A stretch of 64,000 bases of DNA from Acidobacteriota bacterium (GTDB lineage: Bacteria; Acidobacteriota; Terriglobia; Terriglobales; Acidobacteriaceae): positions 15,636-79,635 of the forward strand of contig JAFATF010000052.1 of assembly GCA_019244045.1 (NCBI GenBank), given 5' to 3'. A program made the translations under genes and the position numbers. The notes below the pieces were generated by a model. It saw nothing but the letters and a program-made list of their open reading frames with translations, ran no database searches and was not told where the DNA came from. This document shows, one piece after another, positions 27,946-38,775 of the stretch. Within the stretch, counting starts at the first letter, position 1; the number at the start of each line of letters is the position of its first letter.

Positions 27946-28464
27946 ATGCCTGAGCCCTGCCCAACGGCGGCAAGCGAGTTCGCCATCAGTACGGATAAAG
28001 ACCGGCTGGATCGGGAACTGATCCATAGTTTTCTGACCCGCTGTTATTGGGCGAAGGGCATCCCTAAGGAAACGTTTGATCGATCCATCGAGAATTCACT
28101 TTGCTTTGGTCTCTACCGGGGAGACCAGCAGATTGGGTTCGCGCGCGTAATCTCGGACTTTGCCACCTATGCCTACTTGGGCGATGTCTTTGTCATCGAG
28201 AAGTTTCGCGGTCAGGGCTTGAGCAAGCTTCTCCTGAAGCGTATCCGCGCGCACCCCAACTTACAGGGCCTGCGGCGCTGGAGTTTGGTGACGCGCGATG
28301 TCCACGGCCTCTATGCCCGCTTCGGCTTCCGGCCTATACAATCTCCTGAGCGGCACATGGAGATTCACGACCCCGAGGTCTATCGCGGCAAGCGCTCCCG
28401 GCAGCACGGCAAGATGCACGAGCAAAAACATTCTGGAGGCAGGAGCCGCAGGCTACCGAGCTAA
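27946..28464 (+). CDS. GNAT family N-acetyltransferase
   Basis: Start moved to ATG 27946. Acetyl-CoA motif A: [20 protein letters not shown]. ..YARFGF. Confidence 0.88.
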   Translation: MPEPCPTAASEFAISTDKDRLDRELIHSFLTRCYWAKGIPKETFDRSIENSLCFGLYRGDQQIGFARVISDFATYAYLGDVFVIEKFRGQGLSKLLLKRIRAHPNLQGLRRWSLVTRDVHGLYARFGFRPIQSPERHMEIHDPEVYRGKRSRQHGKMHEQKHSGGRSRRLPS

Positions 28465-28471
28465 TCAGGCT

Positions 28472-29761
28472 ATGAACAGCGATCGAATGTCCCGCCCGCT
28501 CAGTGAAGTTGACCCGCAAGTAGCCGTCGCTATTGACAATGAGGTCCGGCGCCAGCATGAAGGCCTGGAGTTGATCGCCTCGGAGAATTTTGTCAGCGAA
28601 GCGGTGCTCGAAGCCATGGGTTCGGTGTTTACGAATAAATATGCCGAGGGCTATCCCAGGAAACGCTATTACGGGGGCTGCGAGTTTGCGGATGTGATCG
28701 AAGAACTGGCCCGCGAGCGCGCCAAGAAGTTGTTTGCCGCCGAGCATGCCAACGTTCAGCCCCACTCGGGTTCGCAGGCCAATATGGAAGCCTACGCCGC
28801 CGTTCTTAAGCCCGGCGACACCATCCTGGGATTGAATCTGGCCCACGGCGGGCACCTGACCCACGGACATCATCTCAATTTTTCGGGAAAGACATACAGA
28901 ATCGTTCCCTATGGTGTCACCCGGGAAACGGAAACCATCGATTATGACGATCTGGAAAAACTGGCTGAGAAGGAAAGACCGAAGCTGATCATCGGAGGAG
29001 GAAGTGCCTATCCGCGGGTCATTGATTTCGCCCGCATGCGCGCCATCGCGGATAAAGTCGGAGCTTTATACCTGGTCGACATGGCGCACTTCGCCGGGCT
29101 CGTGGCCGGAGGCGCTCATCCCTCACCCATCCCCTATGCCCAGATTGTCACCACAACCACGCACAAGACACTGCGCGGCCCGCGAGCGGGCATGATCCTG
29201 TCCAAAGCCGAGTATGCCGGCGCCATCGACAAAACGGTTTTTCCCGGTATGCAGGGTGGACCTCTGGTACACATCATTGCCGCCAAGGCGGTCTCGTTTG
29301 AGGAAGCCATGCAGCCTTCATTCCGTAACTATGCCGCCCAGATTGTCTCGAATGCCCGAACACTCTCCGAGAGCTTGGCGGCCGAGGGTTTCCGCATCAT
29401 TTCCGGAGGTACAGACACCCATCTGCTGTTGGTCGATGTTTTCTCGCGGGGAATGCTGGGGAGCGAGGCTGAGAAGGCGCTCGGGGAGGCCGGCATCACG
29501 GTCAATAAGAATGCGATTCCTTTTGATGCCAATCCCCCCCTGAAGCCGAGCGGAATTCGCATCGGCACTCCAGCCCTCACGACGCGAGGCATGAAAGAAG
29601 GCGAAATGCGCCAAATCGGGCGCTGGATTGCCGAGGTCCTCCAGAACGCGGGCGATGCCTCGCTCCTTGCGAGAGTTCGGCGGACGGTGGGCGAGCTCGC
29701 CGAGGCCTTTCCTCTCTATGGGGCGCGGCGCGCTAAGGCCCAGGCAGAGACCAGAGTCTAA
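28472..29761 (+). CDS. glyA: serine hydroxymethyltransferase
   Basis: Start moved to ATG 28472. [27 protein letters not shown] site [12 protein letters not shown]. Confidence 0.97.
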   Translation: MNSDRMSRPLSEVDPQVAVAIDNEVRRQHEGLELIASENFVSEAVLEAMGSVFTNKYAEGYPRKRYYGGCEFADVIEELARERAKKLFAAEHANVQPHSGSQANMEAYAAVLKPGDTILGLNLAHGGHLTHGHHLNFSGKTYRIVPYGVTRETETIDYDDLEKLAEKERPKLIIGGGSAYPRVIDFARMRAIADKVGALYLVDMAHFAGLVAGGAHPSPIPYAQIVTTTTHKTLRGPRAGMILSKAEYAGAIDKTVFPGMQGGPLVHIIAAKAVSFEEAMQPSFRNYAAQIVSNARTLSESLAAEGFRIISGGTDTHLLLVDVFSRGMLGSEAEKALGEAGITVNKNAIPFDANPPLKPSGIRIGTPALTTRGMKEGEMRQIGRWIAEVLQNAGDASLLARVRRTVGELAEAFPLYGARRAKAQAETRV

Positions 29762-29839
29762 TCGCACCCCCTGGCGCGGCGCAGCCCAGGTTACTTCCCG
29801 CGGTGTTCGCCCGCTATGCTCTGTGGTTAAATCACTGTC

Positions 29840-31024
29840 GTGAAGATCGCCTTCGATATCCGGCGTAGTACCGACTTTGGCGTCGGTACCTACATCCGGA
29901 ACATCGTTCGCGCGCTCAGCCGTCTCGATCGACAGAACCGCTATTACCTGATCGGGTCTCCCGACAAAGCAGGCGAAATCGGAACCCTGCCGGCAAATTT
30001 CGACAGCGTTTCCTTTTGCGAGCCGGAGAACTCAACCCGCGGATACTTCGCCTTCCGTACCACCGTGCGACGGCTTGAATGCGATCTGGTGCACATCCCG
30101 CATCTTTTCTGGATTCCGCGAGCCCTGCCGTGCCGGTACGTGATGACCGTGCACGATGTGCTCGAGCACATGGCAAGCGCGCGCGGCCAATCCGATGTGA
30201 GACGATCGTTGCATTTTCACATGACTCGCCGCGTGCTCAGAGGTGCGGCGCGGATTTTTGCGGTTTCGCAATTTACCAAGAGCGAACTGGAAAAACTGTT
30301 TGGCATTCCCTCCGTTCGGGTCGAGACTGTTTATAACGCCATTGACGAGAGATTTCTTCATGGACACGCCAGCGAAGCGGACCACCAGTTCATTGCGCAG
30401 CGCTACCAGGTGCATTACCCTTTTGTGCTGTATGCCGGCAGGATCAGCCCCCATAAAAATCTGGTGCGCATCATCGAGGCCTTTTCGGCCTTGAAGGCGG
30501 CCCTCGAGAAAGATGCCCTCTATCCGGACCTGAAGCTGATCATCATCGGGGACGAGCTGTCCAAGCACCCTGACCTGCGCCGGACGGTAGTTAAAAGCGG
30601 CGTGCAGAACGAGGTTCGTTTTCTAGGGTTCGTTCCCATTGAGGTACTGCGGATTTTCTACGACGAAGCTAAGGTTTTTGTCTTCCCTTCCTTGTATGAG
30701 GGATTCGGGCTGCCGCCCCTGGAAGCAATGGCACACGGCACGCCGGTCGTCACCTCAAACACGTCCTCGCTGCCGGAGGTCGTCGGCACTGCCGCGGTGT
30801 TGGTCAATCCGGAGAACGTCTTTGAGATCATGCGCGCCCTGCACCGCGTTCTCACCGATCAAGAATTGCGAGAGAAGATGAAGCAGCGCAGCTCGGAACA
30901 GTCGAAGCGCTTCTCCTGGGATAGTTCGGCGCGCCGAATCTTTCAAGTGTACGAGGAAGTGGTGGGCGGCAGATGGAGCGAAAAAGGCAGCCGCGAGCGG
31001 GGAGAAAAACTGGTTAATTCTTAA
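29840..31024 (+). CDS. glycosyltransferase family 4 (GT-B, group 1)
   Basis: GTG start. C-terminal E-x7-E region [28 protein letters not shown]. Confidence 0.9.
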   Translation: MKIAFDIRRSTDFGVGTYIRNIVRALSRLDRQNRYYLIGSPDKAGEIGTLPANFDSVSFCEPENSTRGYFAFRTTVRRLECDLVHIPHLFWIPRALPCRYVMTVHDVLEHMASARGQSDVRRSLHFHMTRRVLRGAARIFAVSQFTKSELEKLFGIPSVRVETVYNAIDERFLHGHASEADHQFIAQRYQVHYPFVLYAGRISPHKNLVRIIEAFSALKAALEKDALYPDLKLIIIGDELSKHPDLRRTVVKSGVQNEVRFLGFVPIEVLRIFYDEAKVFVFPSLYEGFGLPPLEAMAHGTPVVTSNTSSLPEVVGTAAVLVNPENVFEIMRALHRVLTDQELREKMKQRSSEQSKRFSWDSSARRIFQVYEEVVGGRWSEKGSRERGEKLVNS

Positions 31025-31194
31025 CTGCTGAGAGCCTGGCCCGGCGCTGCCAGTGCGAGGCGCTCGAGCTTGGCATGCACGCGCTTCTTGTCATTCTCTG
31101 AAGTGGACATCGCCAGCTGCTTACGAAGCTTGCTAATCTTTTCCTTGCGGGTGCGGCGGCGGCGAATTTCCGGTCGTCGTGAGGGGGCTGACAT
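31021..31194 (-). CDS. small Arg/Lys-rich protein (57 aa), not in the ORF track
   Basis: Hand translation gives [57 protein letters not shown]. The ATG at 31194 is preceded by a GGAAGAGGA SD 4 nt upstream. Its stop overlaps the convergent GT4 stop (TTAA at 31021-31024). It resembles a widespread class of small RRRR.R..K-containing proteins, recalled from memory and unverified. Confidence 0.55.
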   Translation of the reverse strand: MSAPSRRPEIRRRRTRKEKISKLRKQLAMSTSENDKKRVHAKLERLALAAPGQALSS

Positions 31195-31290
31195 TCGATC
31201 CTCTTCCAGGTTCTCTCTCGCGAAGGCTGATTATAGCGGCCAGCTGGCTCACCGTAAAGCAGGCACAGCGGTGACCGCCCATCGCAGCGA

Positions 31291-32286
31291 TCAGGGCTGT
31301 CCTCCCTCCGTCCAATGGGGCACAAAATCGGAATTTGCCAACCACAGGACGGGAGCCACGAGGGATTGAATGGCCGTATTCATGTGCTCAAAATCGATAT
31401 GCGCCAGATCATCGCTCGGCCGATGGTAATCACCATGCAAGCCATAGCTCGAGATGGTTTGCGCGACTATGCCCTGACGGGCGAAAACATAATTATCCGA
31501 GCGCCGAAAGAAATTTTCGGCGGGGTGAGGATCGGCGACCAGCTGAGCACCGTGCTTGGCAAGTTCCGGACCAAGATTGGAGCGGTTCCATCCTGTCAGC
31601 CAGAGCGCATCGCCATCTACAGAAGGATCCGGACGGCCGATCATCTCAAACTCAATAAAAGCCGCGATCTGGTTCAACGAAACCGGAGAATGCGCGCGGA
31701 AATAGTTCGCTCCTAACCCGCCCTGCTCCTCACTACCAAAGAGGGCGAAGATCACCGTACGTCGGGGCCGACCGCGGGCGGCCAGGGCGCGCGCTAACTC
31801 GAGCACCGCAGTTGTACCGGAAGCATCGTCGTCGGCGCCGTTGTAAATTCGATCGCCGTGGACCGCTCTTCCCACCCCCAGATGATCGAGGTGCGCGGAG
31901 AGAAGAATGTCTTCGTGCTCCTGGGATGGGTCAGCGCCCGGGATCTTGCCGATCACGTTCCAGGTATGCCTTGGCCGTCCCTGACCCGGAATCGTTGCCT
32001 GCTGAATAAATCCGTCCGCATCTCCCGCGGGCTCAATTCCATACTGTTCAAATTGCGCCGCGATATAGGTCGCGGCCACCAATTCATCGTGGCTTCCGCT
32101 ACCCCGCCCGCGCAAGGCGTCAGAGGCCAGGAACTCCATATGCGCGCGCACGCAACGCGTGCAGACCAGCGAGGTGATGCCATGGCTGGGATAGGTGGGC
32201 GCGCTTTGTCCTCGGTAAATCGAGGCGAGGGTACATGCTGCAAAGACCAGCGGCACTACGGCCGAGAGGCGAAACCATCTCTCCAT
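31291..32286 (-). CDS. M28 family metallopeptidase (aminopeptidase)
   Basis: Signal peptide, zinc-ligand context HLDH..GADDDASGTTAVLELARAL..FALFGSEEQGGLG..DYHRPSD. Confidence 0.9.
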   Translation of the reverse strand: MERWFRLSAVVPLVFAACTLASIYRGQSAPTYPSHGITSLVCTRCVRAHMEFLASDALRGRGSGSHDELVAATYIAAQFEQYGIEPAGDADGFIQQATIPGQGRPRHTWNVIGKIPGADPSQEHEDILLSAHLDHLGVGRAVHGDRIYNGADDDASGTTAVLELARALAARGRPRRTVIFALFGSEEQGGLGANYFRAHSPVSLNQIAAFIEFEMIGRPDPSVDGDALWLTGWNRSNLGPELAKHGAQLVADPHPAENFFRRSDNYVFARQGIVAQTISSYGLHGDYHRPSDDLAHIDFEHMNTAIQSLVAPVLWLANSDFVPHWTEGGQP

Positions 32287-32472
32287 ATGTGGTCAAGATT
32301 ACATGGCGCGAGAAGCGAAGAAAAACTCGCAAGAGTTGCCCGGGGCGGCGTTCGTTGTCAGGAGCGTCTCTTAAGTTCGTGTCCTTAGGAGTAAATAGGG
32401 AAAAAATTCCATCTGCTACAATCGGCAATACGCCACGAACAATCGTCCGCAGATGGTTCCCGAGGCCTTGCC

Positions 32473-33090
32473 ATGATTCCGAGTTCCAGGCGCTATGCCC
32501 GGTTGCTGACGGCCTCGACGTTCGCTTTGCTGTGGACTCTGGTCGGATGCCGCGGGTTCTTTGTGAAGCCCACTCTGACGGGCATTACGGTTACGCCCGC
32601 CAATCCGAATCTGCAGATTGGCAACAGCTTGCAAATGCTGGCAACCGGAACGTTCAGTGATGGAACTACGGGCGGTGTCTCGAACGTAAGTTGGACCAGT
32701 TCGGCTCCTAGCCAGGTCAGCGTCAGCAACACCGGGCTTATCAAAGCTCTGGCCGACACCACCAGCGGAGTCAGCATTACGGCCACTTCGGGAACCGCCA
32801 GCGGCTCAACCAGCGTAACCGTGGGAGCGTCCTCAGCCATCAGCGTCACTTCCAACTCCGGCAATTCCATCAGTATCTTGAGCAACGGCGGAACTGGTAC
32901 GTCCGTCACCTTTACTGCCACCCAGAACGGGAGCAATGTAACAAGTTCGGCCACTTGGAGCTCAAGTGTTCCCGGCATCATCACCATGTCGGCCGGTGGC
33001 ACGGGAGTTCTGGAAGGAACCGGGTCGGTCACCATTACGGCAACCACCTCAAGTGGCAGCGGGTCGGTCCAGGTCACAGTTACCCAGTGA
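32473..33090 (+). CDS. lipoprotein with two bacterial Ig-like (Big_2) domains
   Basis: Lipobox LLWTLVGC. Two repeats of the pattern ITVTPANPNLQIGNSLQMLATGTFSDG...VSWTSS...VSNTG. Confidence 0.85.
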   Translation: MIPSSRRYARLLTASTFALLWTLVGCRGFFVKPTLTGITVTPANPNLQIGNSLQMLATGTFSDGTTGGVSNVSWTSSAPSQVSVSNTGLIKALADTTSGVSITATSGTASGSTSVTVGASSAISVTSNSGNSISILSNGGTGTSVTFTATQNGSNVTSSATWSSSVPGIITMSAGGTGVLEGTGSVTITATTSSGSGSVQVTVTQ

Positions 33091-33169
33091 GGTCCCAATC
33101 GCGCATTACGGCGTCCCCGTGCGTGCCTCGCAGTCATCTTCTCTGCGCCCTCGTGCTTCGTCTACCCTC

Positions 33170-34177
33170 GTGAGATCTCTCCCGAACAGAGCCGCATTTC
33201 TCGTCCTCGCGCTCACCCCGGGGCTAGTGGCGGGCGGCTGCGGACGTGGCCGCAAGGTTCTCGAGATTAACTATGTTTCGGCTCCGCAAGTCGCGTTGCG
33301 CGATCAGGTGGCCGCGGTCTTCAATAAAGTTGGCGTGGTCAGGAGCGGTGATCGGGTGGAGGTGCTCGATCACCAGCGGCGATTCGTTAAGGTGCGCACC
33401 TCGAGCGGTGGCGAAGGTTGGATGGAGCAGCGCTACCTGGTCAGTCAGAAAACATATGGCGAGCTCGAGAAGCTCGGAGAAGATCACCGCGGCGATCCCG
33501 TCCAGGCGACGGGCATGGCGCGCAATGACACCAATCTTCACCTGGAGGCGGCCCGTGATTCCGAGCACCTCTATCAGCTCTCGAGCGGCGACAAGGTTTC
33601 CCTCCTCGAGCGAGCTACAACGGAGAAAGCGACTCCGTTTGTGCTCCCCGCGAGTGCGCCGGCCAATAAGGGACAGCCGAAACGGGCGATGGAAGACTGG
33701 TGGCTGGTCCGCGATTCCCACGGCCGCACGGGTTGGGTCCTGGCCCATATGGTCGACATTGATGTTCCACTTGAAATTGCCCAATATGCGGAGGGACAGC
33801 GCATTCAGGCGTTCTTTGTCCTCGATTCGGTCGCAGACGGCGACAAGAAAGTCCCCGAATATCTGGTCCTGCTCAACCAGCCCAAGGATGGCATGCCATG
33901 CGATTTCGACCAGATTCGGGTCTTTACCTGGAACCTGCGAAGGCACCGATACGAGACCGCATACCGCGAGCGAAACCTCGACGGTGTGCTGCCGGTCCTG
34001 GTTGGCCAGGAGTCGTTCGAGAAAGAAGGAACCCTGCCGACTTTCACCTTACGCCTGAAAGATGACGAGGCAAACGTCTTAGCGCGAAAGTACAAGTTGA
34101 ATACGCCCATCGTGCGACGCGTGCTGGCGCCCGGAGAAGCAGGCGAGAAGCCGATGGTGCGGAAACATCGTCGCTGA
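33170..34177 (+). CDS. SH3-domain lipoprotein (function unknown)
   Basis: Start moved to GTG 33170 (VRSLPNRAAFLVLALTPGLVAGGC). GTG near 33119 is also possible. Two SH3_3-like segments (VVRSGDRVEVLDHQRRFVKVRTSSGGEGWM and ..WWLVRDSHGRTGWV). The ORF-track N-terminus overlaps the Big_2 gene and is rejected. Confidence 0.75.
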   Translation: MRSLPNRAAFLVLALTPGLVAGGCGRGRKVLEINYVSAPQVALRDQVAAVFNKVGVVRSGDRVEVLDHQRRFVKVRTSSGGEGWMEQRYLVSQKTYGELEKLGEDHRGDPVQATGMARNDTNLHLEAARDSEHLYQLSSGDKVSLLERATTEKATPFVLPASAPANKGQPKRAMEDWWLVRDSHGRTGWVLAHMVDIDVPLEIAQYAEGQRIQAFFVLDSVADGDKKVPEYLVLLNQPKDGMPCDFDQIRVFTWNLRRHRYETAYRERNLDGVLPVLVGQESFEKEGTLPTFTLRLKDDEANVLARKYKLNTPIVRRVLAPGEAGEKPMVRKHRR

Positions 34178-34198
34178 CGACGAGCCGCTCGCTGAGCG

Positions 34199-35395
34199 TC
34201 AGGAATAGAACTCGGCGATGGTCTCTACCACCCGAGCTTGCTCCTCGGCTGTCAATTCGGCAAACATGGGCAAGGCGAGAACCTCGCCGGCGGCTTGCTC
34301 GGCTTGAGGAAGATCTCCGGCAGCGTATCCCAAATAGCTGAAGGAAGGCTGCAGGTGCAGGGGAACCGGATAGTACACCTCGCTTTCAATCCTGCGCTCA
34401 GCCATAAAGCTGCGCAGCTCATCGCGGCGCGAAGCTCGGATCACATACTGATGAAAGACGTGTCCGGCACGAGCATGACGGTAGGGAAGGCGTAGGGGCG
34501 AAGTAGCCTGCCCGGAAACCAGGCCCGCAGCGGCCAACAGCCGGTCATAGCTGGCGGCGTGTTCTTGCCGCCGCTCGTTCCACTTCGATAAATAAGCAAG
34601 TTTGACGCGCAACACAGCCGCCTGGATCTCGTCCATACGGCTGTTCCAGCCTAGTTCATCATGATGGTACCGTTGCGCGCTGCCATGATTACGCAACTGG
34701 CGAATGTGCCGGGCCATCTCCTCCTGGCTGGTCGTAACCAACCCGGCATCGCCATAGGCGCTCAAGTTCTTGCTGGGATAAAAGCTGAACGCGGCCGCAA
34801 CTCCCATCGAACCGGCCCGGGCATTGTTCCAAGTTGCACCTATGGCTTGGGCCGCGTCTTCGACGACCAGAATCTCGAATTCTTGAGCTACCTGGCGCAG
34901 CGTGTCCATGTCCGCACATTGCCCATAGAGATGCACCGGCAGGATCGCCTTGCACCGGAAAGCGCCTTGTGCCCGCAGTTTGGCCTGAACCTGTCTAGGG
35001 TCGAGATTGAAGGTGGCGGGATCGATGTCAACGAAAACCGGCCGCGCCGCCACGCGGGCGATTGCACTGGCGGAGGCGAAGAAGCTGAAAGGCGAAGTAA
35101 TGATGACATCGCCGGGGCGCACCCCCAACGTAAGGAGCGCGAGCCCAAGGGCATCGGTTCCCGAGGCGCAGGCAGCGGAAGCGGCCGCCCCGGTGAAAGC
35201 CGTGATTTCCCGCTCCAAGGCTTCAACTTGCTCGCCCAAGATGAAGCGTTGCGAGGCACATACCCGCTCGATTGCAGCCAGCACCTGGTCGGCGATCGTG
35301 CGATATTGCCGCGAGAGATCCAGCAAAGGCACGGCATCGAAGCGCCTGGAAGCGGCTCCCGAGCGGCTCGCGCTCGCGCTTGGGCGATGGTTCAT
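34199..35395 (-). CDS. DegT/DnrJ/EryC1/StrS family PLP-dependent sugar aminotransferase
   Basis: Start moved to ATG 35395. VPLLDLSRQY.., CASGTDAL, FSFYPSKNL (PLP Lys), VYYPVPLHLQP. Confidence 0.92.
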   Translation of the reverse strand: MNHRPSASASRSGAASRRFDAVPLLDLSRQYRTIADQVLAAIERVCASQRFILGEQVEALEREITAFTGAAASAACASGTDALGLALLTLGVRPGDVIITSPFSFFASASAIARVAARPVFVDIDPATFNLDPRQVQAKLRAQGAFRCKAILPVHLYGQCADMDTLRQVAQEFEILVVEDAAQAIGATWNNARAGSMGVAAAFSFYPSKNLSAYGDAGLVTTSQEEMARHIRQLRNHGSAQRYHHDELGWNSRMDEIQAAVLRVKLAYLSKWNERRQEHAASYDRLLAAAGLVSGQATSPLRLPYRHARAGHVFHQYVIRASRRDELRSFMAERRIESEVYYPVPLHLQPSFSYLGYAAGDLPQAEQAAGEVLALPMFAELTAEEQARVVETIAEFYS

Positions 35396-35408
35396 GGAAG
35401 CGGAAATT

Positions 35409-35777
35409 CTAACATTCGGGTTCCTCGAGGTGGGGAATGGAAGGCAGCGGCAGCCCCCGTTCGAGCGCATCGGCACATTGGTGCATCCGCTCGACTAGCG
35501 GCTTCAAAGAAATGCCCGCAAAGTCTTCCGGGTAGCTGCCAAGATTCCGCGCCGCCCGCCGCAGCAACGACATCGCCCCCACTCGATTGCCCCGGGAATG
35601 ATGATGTAAGGCTACCGCCAGCTGAATTAGACCTTGCAGGAATTTTTTTCTGTCGCGGGGCGCTACTCGCCAGACTTCCTCGAGTACCTCATGGGCGTCG
35701 AAGAATTTTCTTTCATTAAACAGGCGAATACCATGAGCGTAGGAATGCAGGTCGAATCCGAATTCCGTCATCGGCAA
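35409..35777 (-). CDS. DUF309 domain protein
   Basis: G..LFN...FFDAHEVLEEVWR motif typical of DUF309. Its stop is 14 nt before the DegT start. Confidence 0.8.
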   Translation of the reverse strand: MPMTEFGFDLHSYAHGIRLFNERKFFDAHEVLEEVWRVAPRDRKKFLQGLIQLAVALHHHSRGNRVGAMSLLRRAARNLGSYPEDFAGISLKPLVERMHQCADALERGLPLPSIPHLEEPEC

Positions 35778-35789
35778 CTCTACCGGGGC

Positions 35790-36539
35790 TTATCGCCCCA
35801 GGAAGGGGTAATGGCTGGCCGCACCCATAAAAAACAACATGGGCAGGGAGAGCCAAGCGTTGGTGCGCGACGCCAAGAACGCTCGCCGTGCCAGGGCAAC
35901 CGACTCTGCCGGAATGGGCGTGGCGTTGTTCTTGAAATCCCGTGTCCAGTCGATGATCTTCTTGTTCATGCGCCAGATAATGCCCCAGACGTTGAGCATC
36001 ATGATCCAGCCAATGCCGCCGCCGATGCCAATCGACAGAAGTCGATTGCTCTCCCAGCCGTGATTATTGCAGTTGAGAAACAGATAAGCGGCGGCGGCGA
36101 CCACGAGAATCACAATGGCCGCGAGTACCGGGCCTTTGTTGATCTTCATGATCATGATAGCGAAGAAGATTAGCGCGAAGGCGATTGTCCAGATCAGGAA
36201 GAATAATCCTACCGGCCGGCCGCTTGACGCGCCCCCGTTCATGGCATCCACGCGAACGATGCTGTTCCCCCAGTAAGTCAATCCCGCCAAAACCGTAACC
36301 ACCGCCGACCAGCGGAACCACCACAGCGCGCGCGGCATCAGGCTGGGCACCACTTTCGCCTTGGTCGCCGAATCCAGCTCCTTCATAAAGGGTACGTTGA
36401 CCAGGTTAAAAAAATATAAAAGTCCTACCCAGGTTATGCCGGCCACGAAGTGAACCCAGCGAATCAGCATCGCAGAGAGGGCTGGCGAGGGCGGAATGAC
36501 GCTCGGAACCAATGCGCGCAGCAAATTATCGATGGCCAT
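35790..36539 (-). CDS. integral membrane protein (PuuD-like N-terminal membrane domain?)
   Basis: Start moved to ATG 36539 (MAIDNLL, GGGGAGGAAG SD). About 6 predicted TMs. The WVHFVAGITWVGLLYFFNLVNVPF segment resembles the membrane domain of proteins annotated as urate hydroxylase PuuD (from memory). No cytochrome c domain is present. Confidence 0.65.
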   Translation of the reverse strand: MAIDNLLRALVPSVIPPSPALSAMLIRWVHFVAGITWVGLLYFFNLVNVPFMKELDSATKAKVVPSLMPRALWWFRWSAVVTVLAGLTYWGNSIVRVDAMNGGASSGRPVGLFFLIWTIAFALIFFAIMIMKINKGPVLAAIVILVVAAAAYLFLNCNNHGWESNRLLSIGIGGGIGWIMMLNVWGIIWRMNKKIIDWTRDFKNNATPIPAESVALARRAFLASRTNAWLSLPMLFFMGAASHYPFLGR

Positions 36540-36600
36540 GTCTTCCTCCCCGATGAATCCGCGCCGGGGACGCGATCCTTGTGAGACTAACACCTTTAAG

Positions 36601-36629
36601 TTGAAAATGTGCGACGGTGGCCGTATTGT
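36601..36629 (+). promoter_or_regulatory. candidate sigma70-type promoter for hfq-hflX
   Basis: TTGAAA (36601-36606), 17-nt spacer, TATTGT (36624-36629). Implies a 5' UTR of about 120 nt. Confidence 0.4.
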
Positions 36630-36758
36630 ACCTACGTTATCGCAGCGGGCCAGCTTGCCCTCAAGCCGAGCGGCTCGCGTCGCTTGTCCCCCCGGCTCTC
36701 CTCCGCATCCAAGGAGGAGGGCTTGATGGTAAGAACGGTGCAGGAAAAGGAGATCGGC

Positions 36759-37049
36759 ATGGAAACCAAGCCGGCACAAAATATTCAGGACTCGTTTCTT
36801 AACACCGCCCGCAAAGAAAAGATTTCAATCACCATATACCTGCTCAGCGGAGTGAAACTGACTGGCCGGATCCGCTCATTCGACAAATACTCTGTCGTAC
36901 TGGAATCGAACAACCAGGAGCAACTGATATTCAAGCACGCAATTTCCACCGTGGTGATGGGGAAGGCGGCGCATCACGAGCCCCGTCCGGCGGCGGCTCC
37001 ATCGTCCATCCACGAGACGACGATCGCTCCTTCCGGAACTGAAGGCTAG
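36759..37049 (+). CDS. hfq: RNA chaperone Hfq
   Basis: Start moved to ATG 36759 (AAGGAG SD 7 nt upstream). Sm1/Sm2 motifs: [52 protein letters not shown]. Confidence 0.95.
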   Translation: METKPAQNIQDSFLNTARKEKISITIYLLSGVKLTGRIRSFDKYSVVLESNNQEQLIFKHAISTVVMGKAAHHEPRPAAAPSSIHETTIAPSGTEG

Positions 37050-37121
37050 GAAGTCTTTCGTTTGCGAAGTTCTAATTGCAGCGTTTCCGGGAAAACCACC
37101 ACTGCTCAGGAGGGCAGAAAC

Positions 37122-38474
37122 TTGAGCGCGTCTGGCGAGCGCGCTTTTCTGGTGGGGCTTGATTACCAGCCCGGGAGACGAGCCGCTTCGCAATCGGCAC
37201 CCGGGTCGGGAACGGCAGGAAAGCAGCCCACAGGCGATCCTTCAAGAATCGGAGGCGGCGGGAAAGCTCGGCCAGTGCCCGCGTTCAGTGCCGAGGAGTC
37301 GCTCTCAGAGCTGCGTCTGCTGGCCGAGAGCGCGGGCGCAAGTATCGCCGGCTCGTTTCTCCAGCATCGTGATCGGCCCCACCCGGCTACCCTGATTGGC
37401 AAGGGAAAATTAGACGAAATCCGAAGAGCCGCGGTCTCGGTCTCGGCCAAACTTCTCATCTTTGACCACGACCTATCTGCTTCCCAGCAGCGCAATATCG
37501 AAGATGCTGTCGCTACCCGGGTGGTCGATCGGACCCAACTGATCCTTGATATTTTTGCCCGCCACGCCCGAACCCGTGAAGGTCAGCTACAGGTGGAACT
37601 TGCGCAACTCGAGTATCTGCTGCCGCGACTCGCCGGGCGCGGTCGTGAGATGTCGCAGCTCGGCGGCGGAATTGGAACGCGCGGACCGGGCGAGACCCAG
37701 CTAGAAACCGACCGTCGCAAGATCTACCGCCGAATCCGCCATGTCAAGACGCAATTGGAGAACGTGCGGCGCATTCGCGCTCAGCAGCGCCAGAGGAGAG
37801 AGTCGGTCCCGGTGCCGACGGTGGCCCTGGTGGGATATACCAATGCGGGCAAGTCAACTTTATTCAATGTTTTGACCCGATCGGATGTGCTGGCCTCGTC
37901 CAAGATGTTCGCCACGCTCGATCCTACGATTCGCTCGCTGACTCTGCCATCGCGGCGCAAGGCGCTCGCATCCGACACCGTTGGGTTCATCCGCAACCTG
38001 CCGCACACGCTGGTCTCTGCTTTCCGCGCTACTTTGGAAGAAGTCGAGCGCGCGCGGTTGATTCTGGAGGTCTCCGATGCCAGTCACCCGCTCTCGGCAG
38101 AGCAGCATGCTCAAGTCGAACTGGTGCTGAAGGAACTTGAGGCGGATAAGAAGCCGCGCTTGTGCGTGCTGAATAAAATTGATTTGCTTCCGGCGCCACG
38201 GCGTGACAGCTTGCGCGATGATTCGGAGACCATACACGTGTCAGCCCTGAAGGGCATCGGCTTGAGCACCCTGCTCGAGCGCATTGACCAGGGCTTAGAC
38301 GAGGACCCTCTCAGCCGCATCCACTTGCGCGTGCCACAAAAAGAAGGCAAGACGTTGGCCATGCTCGAGGCCGGGGCGCGAATTTATTCCCGAGAGTACC
38401 GCGATGGAGTGGTCGAGCTCGAAGCAGAAGCGCCGAAATCGCTGGTCATCAGGCTGCGCGAATTTGTGGTGTGA
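37122..38474 (+). CDS. hflX: GTPase HflX
   Basis: Start set to TTG 37122 (AGGAGG SD 8 nt upstream). The ORF opens at 37062. G1 [10 protein letters not shown]3 DTVGF, G4 NKID, N-terminal HflX domain ERAFLVG. Confidence 0.93.
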   Translation: MSASGERAFLVGLDYQPGRRAASQSAPGSGTAGKQPTGDPSRIGGGGKARPVPAFSAEESLSELRLLAESAGASIAGSFLQHRDRPHPATLIGKGKLDEIRRAAVSVSAKLLIFDHDLSASQQRNIEDAVATRVVDRTQLILDIFARHARTREGQLQVELAQLEYLLPRLAGRGREMSQLGGGIGTRGPGETQLETDRRKIYRRIRHVKTQLENVRRIRAQQRQRRESVPVPTVALVGYTNAGKSTLFNVLTRSDVLASSKMFATLDPTIRSLTLPSRRKALASDTVGFIRNLPHTLVSAFRATLEEVERARLILEVSDASHPLSAEQHAQVELVLKELEADKKPRLCVLNKIDLLPAPRRDSLRDDSETIHVSALKGIGLSTLLERIDQGLDEDPLSRIHLRVPQKEGKTLAMLEAGARIYSREYRDGVVELEAEAPKSLVIRLREFVV

Positions 38475-38745
38475 TAAAGCGCGCAGGCCTGTCCGGCCCG
38501 GCCAGCGTTCTAGGCAGCGCCGCGAGAGAGCTCGCTACCCGTTCACCCGTATCGAGCAAAGCCAAATAAAATGGGCCGGCAACCAAGAAGCGGTGACATT
38601 CCTTGGCTATCGGCCCATTCGATCCTGAATTGGATCGGAGGTGATAGTTATTATCCTACCGCGCTTGAAATTAAAGTCAAGAGAATTAGCCGAAGATTTT
38701 AGGACATATTCGGAGCAGCTCGCCCCCATCGGGCCACCCACTCGA

Positions 38746-38775
38746 TTGACATTGATCCTCCTAGAATGTTAATTT
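38746..38775 (+). promoter_or_regulatory. candidate promoter for the atp operon in an AT-rich stretch
   Basis: TTGACA (38746-38751), 18-nt spacer, TAATTT (38770-38775). The -10 element is weak. Confidence 0.3.

Noticed and set aside
31014-31325. 103-aa ORF listed in the track between the GT4 and M28 peptidase genes
   Set aside because: It overlaps the M28 peptidase 3' end and has no SD. A different frame on the same strand gives a much more protein-like 57-aa ORF with a good SD (31021..31194).
32493-33137. 214-aa ORF antisense to the Big_2 lipoprotein gene
   Set aside because: It is a mirror image of Thr/Ser/Gly/Val-rich repetitive codons. The sense strand has a lipobox and Big_2 repeats, so the antisense frame is a compositional artefact.
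34661-35719. 352-aa ORF antisense to the DegT aminotransferase and DUF309 genes
   Set aside because: It spans two real genes on the other strand, and its Arg/Gly/Pro-rich sequence has no motif.
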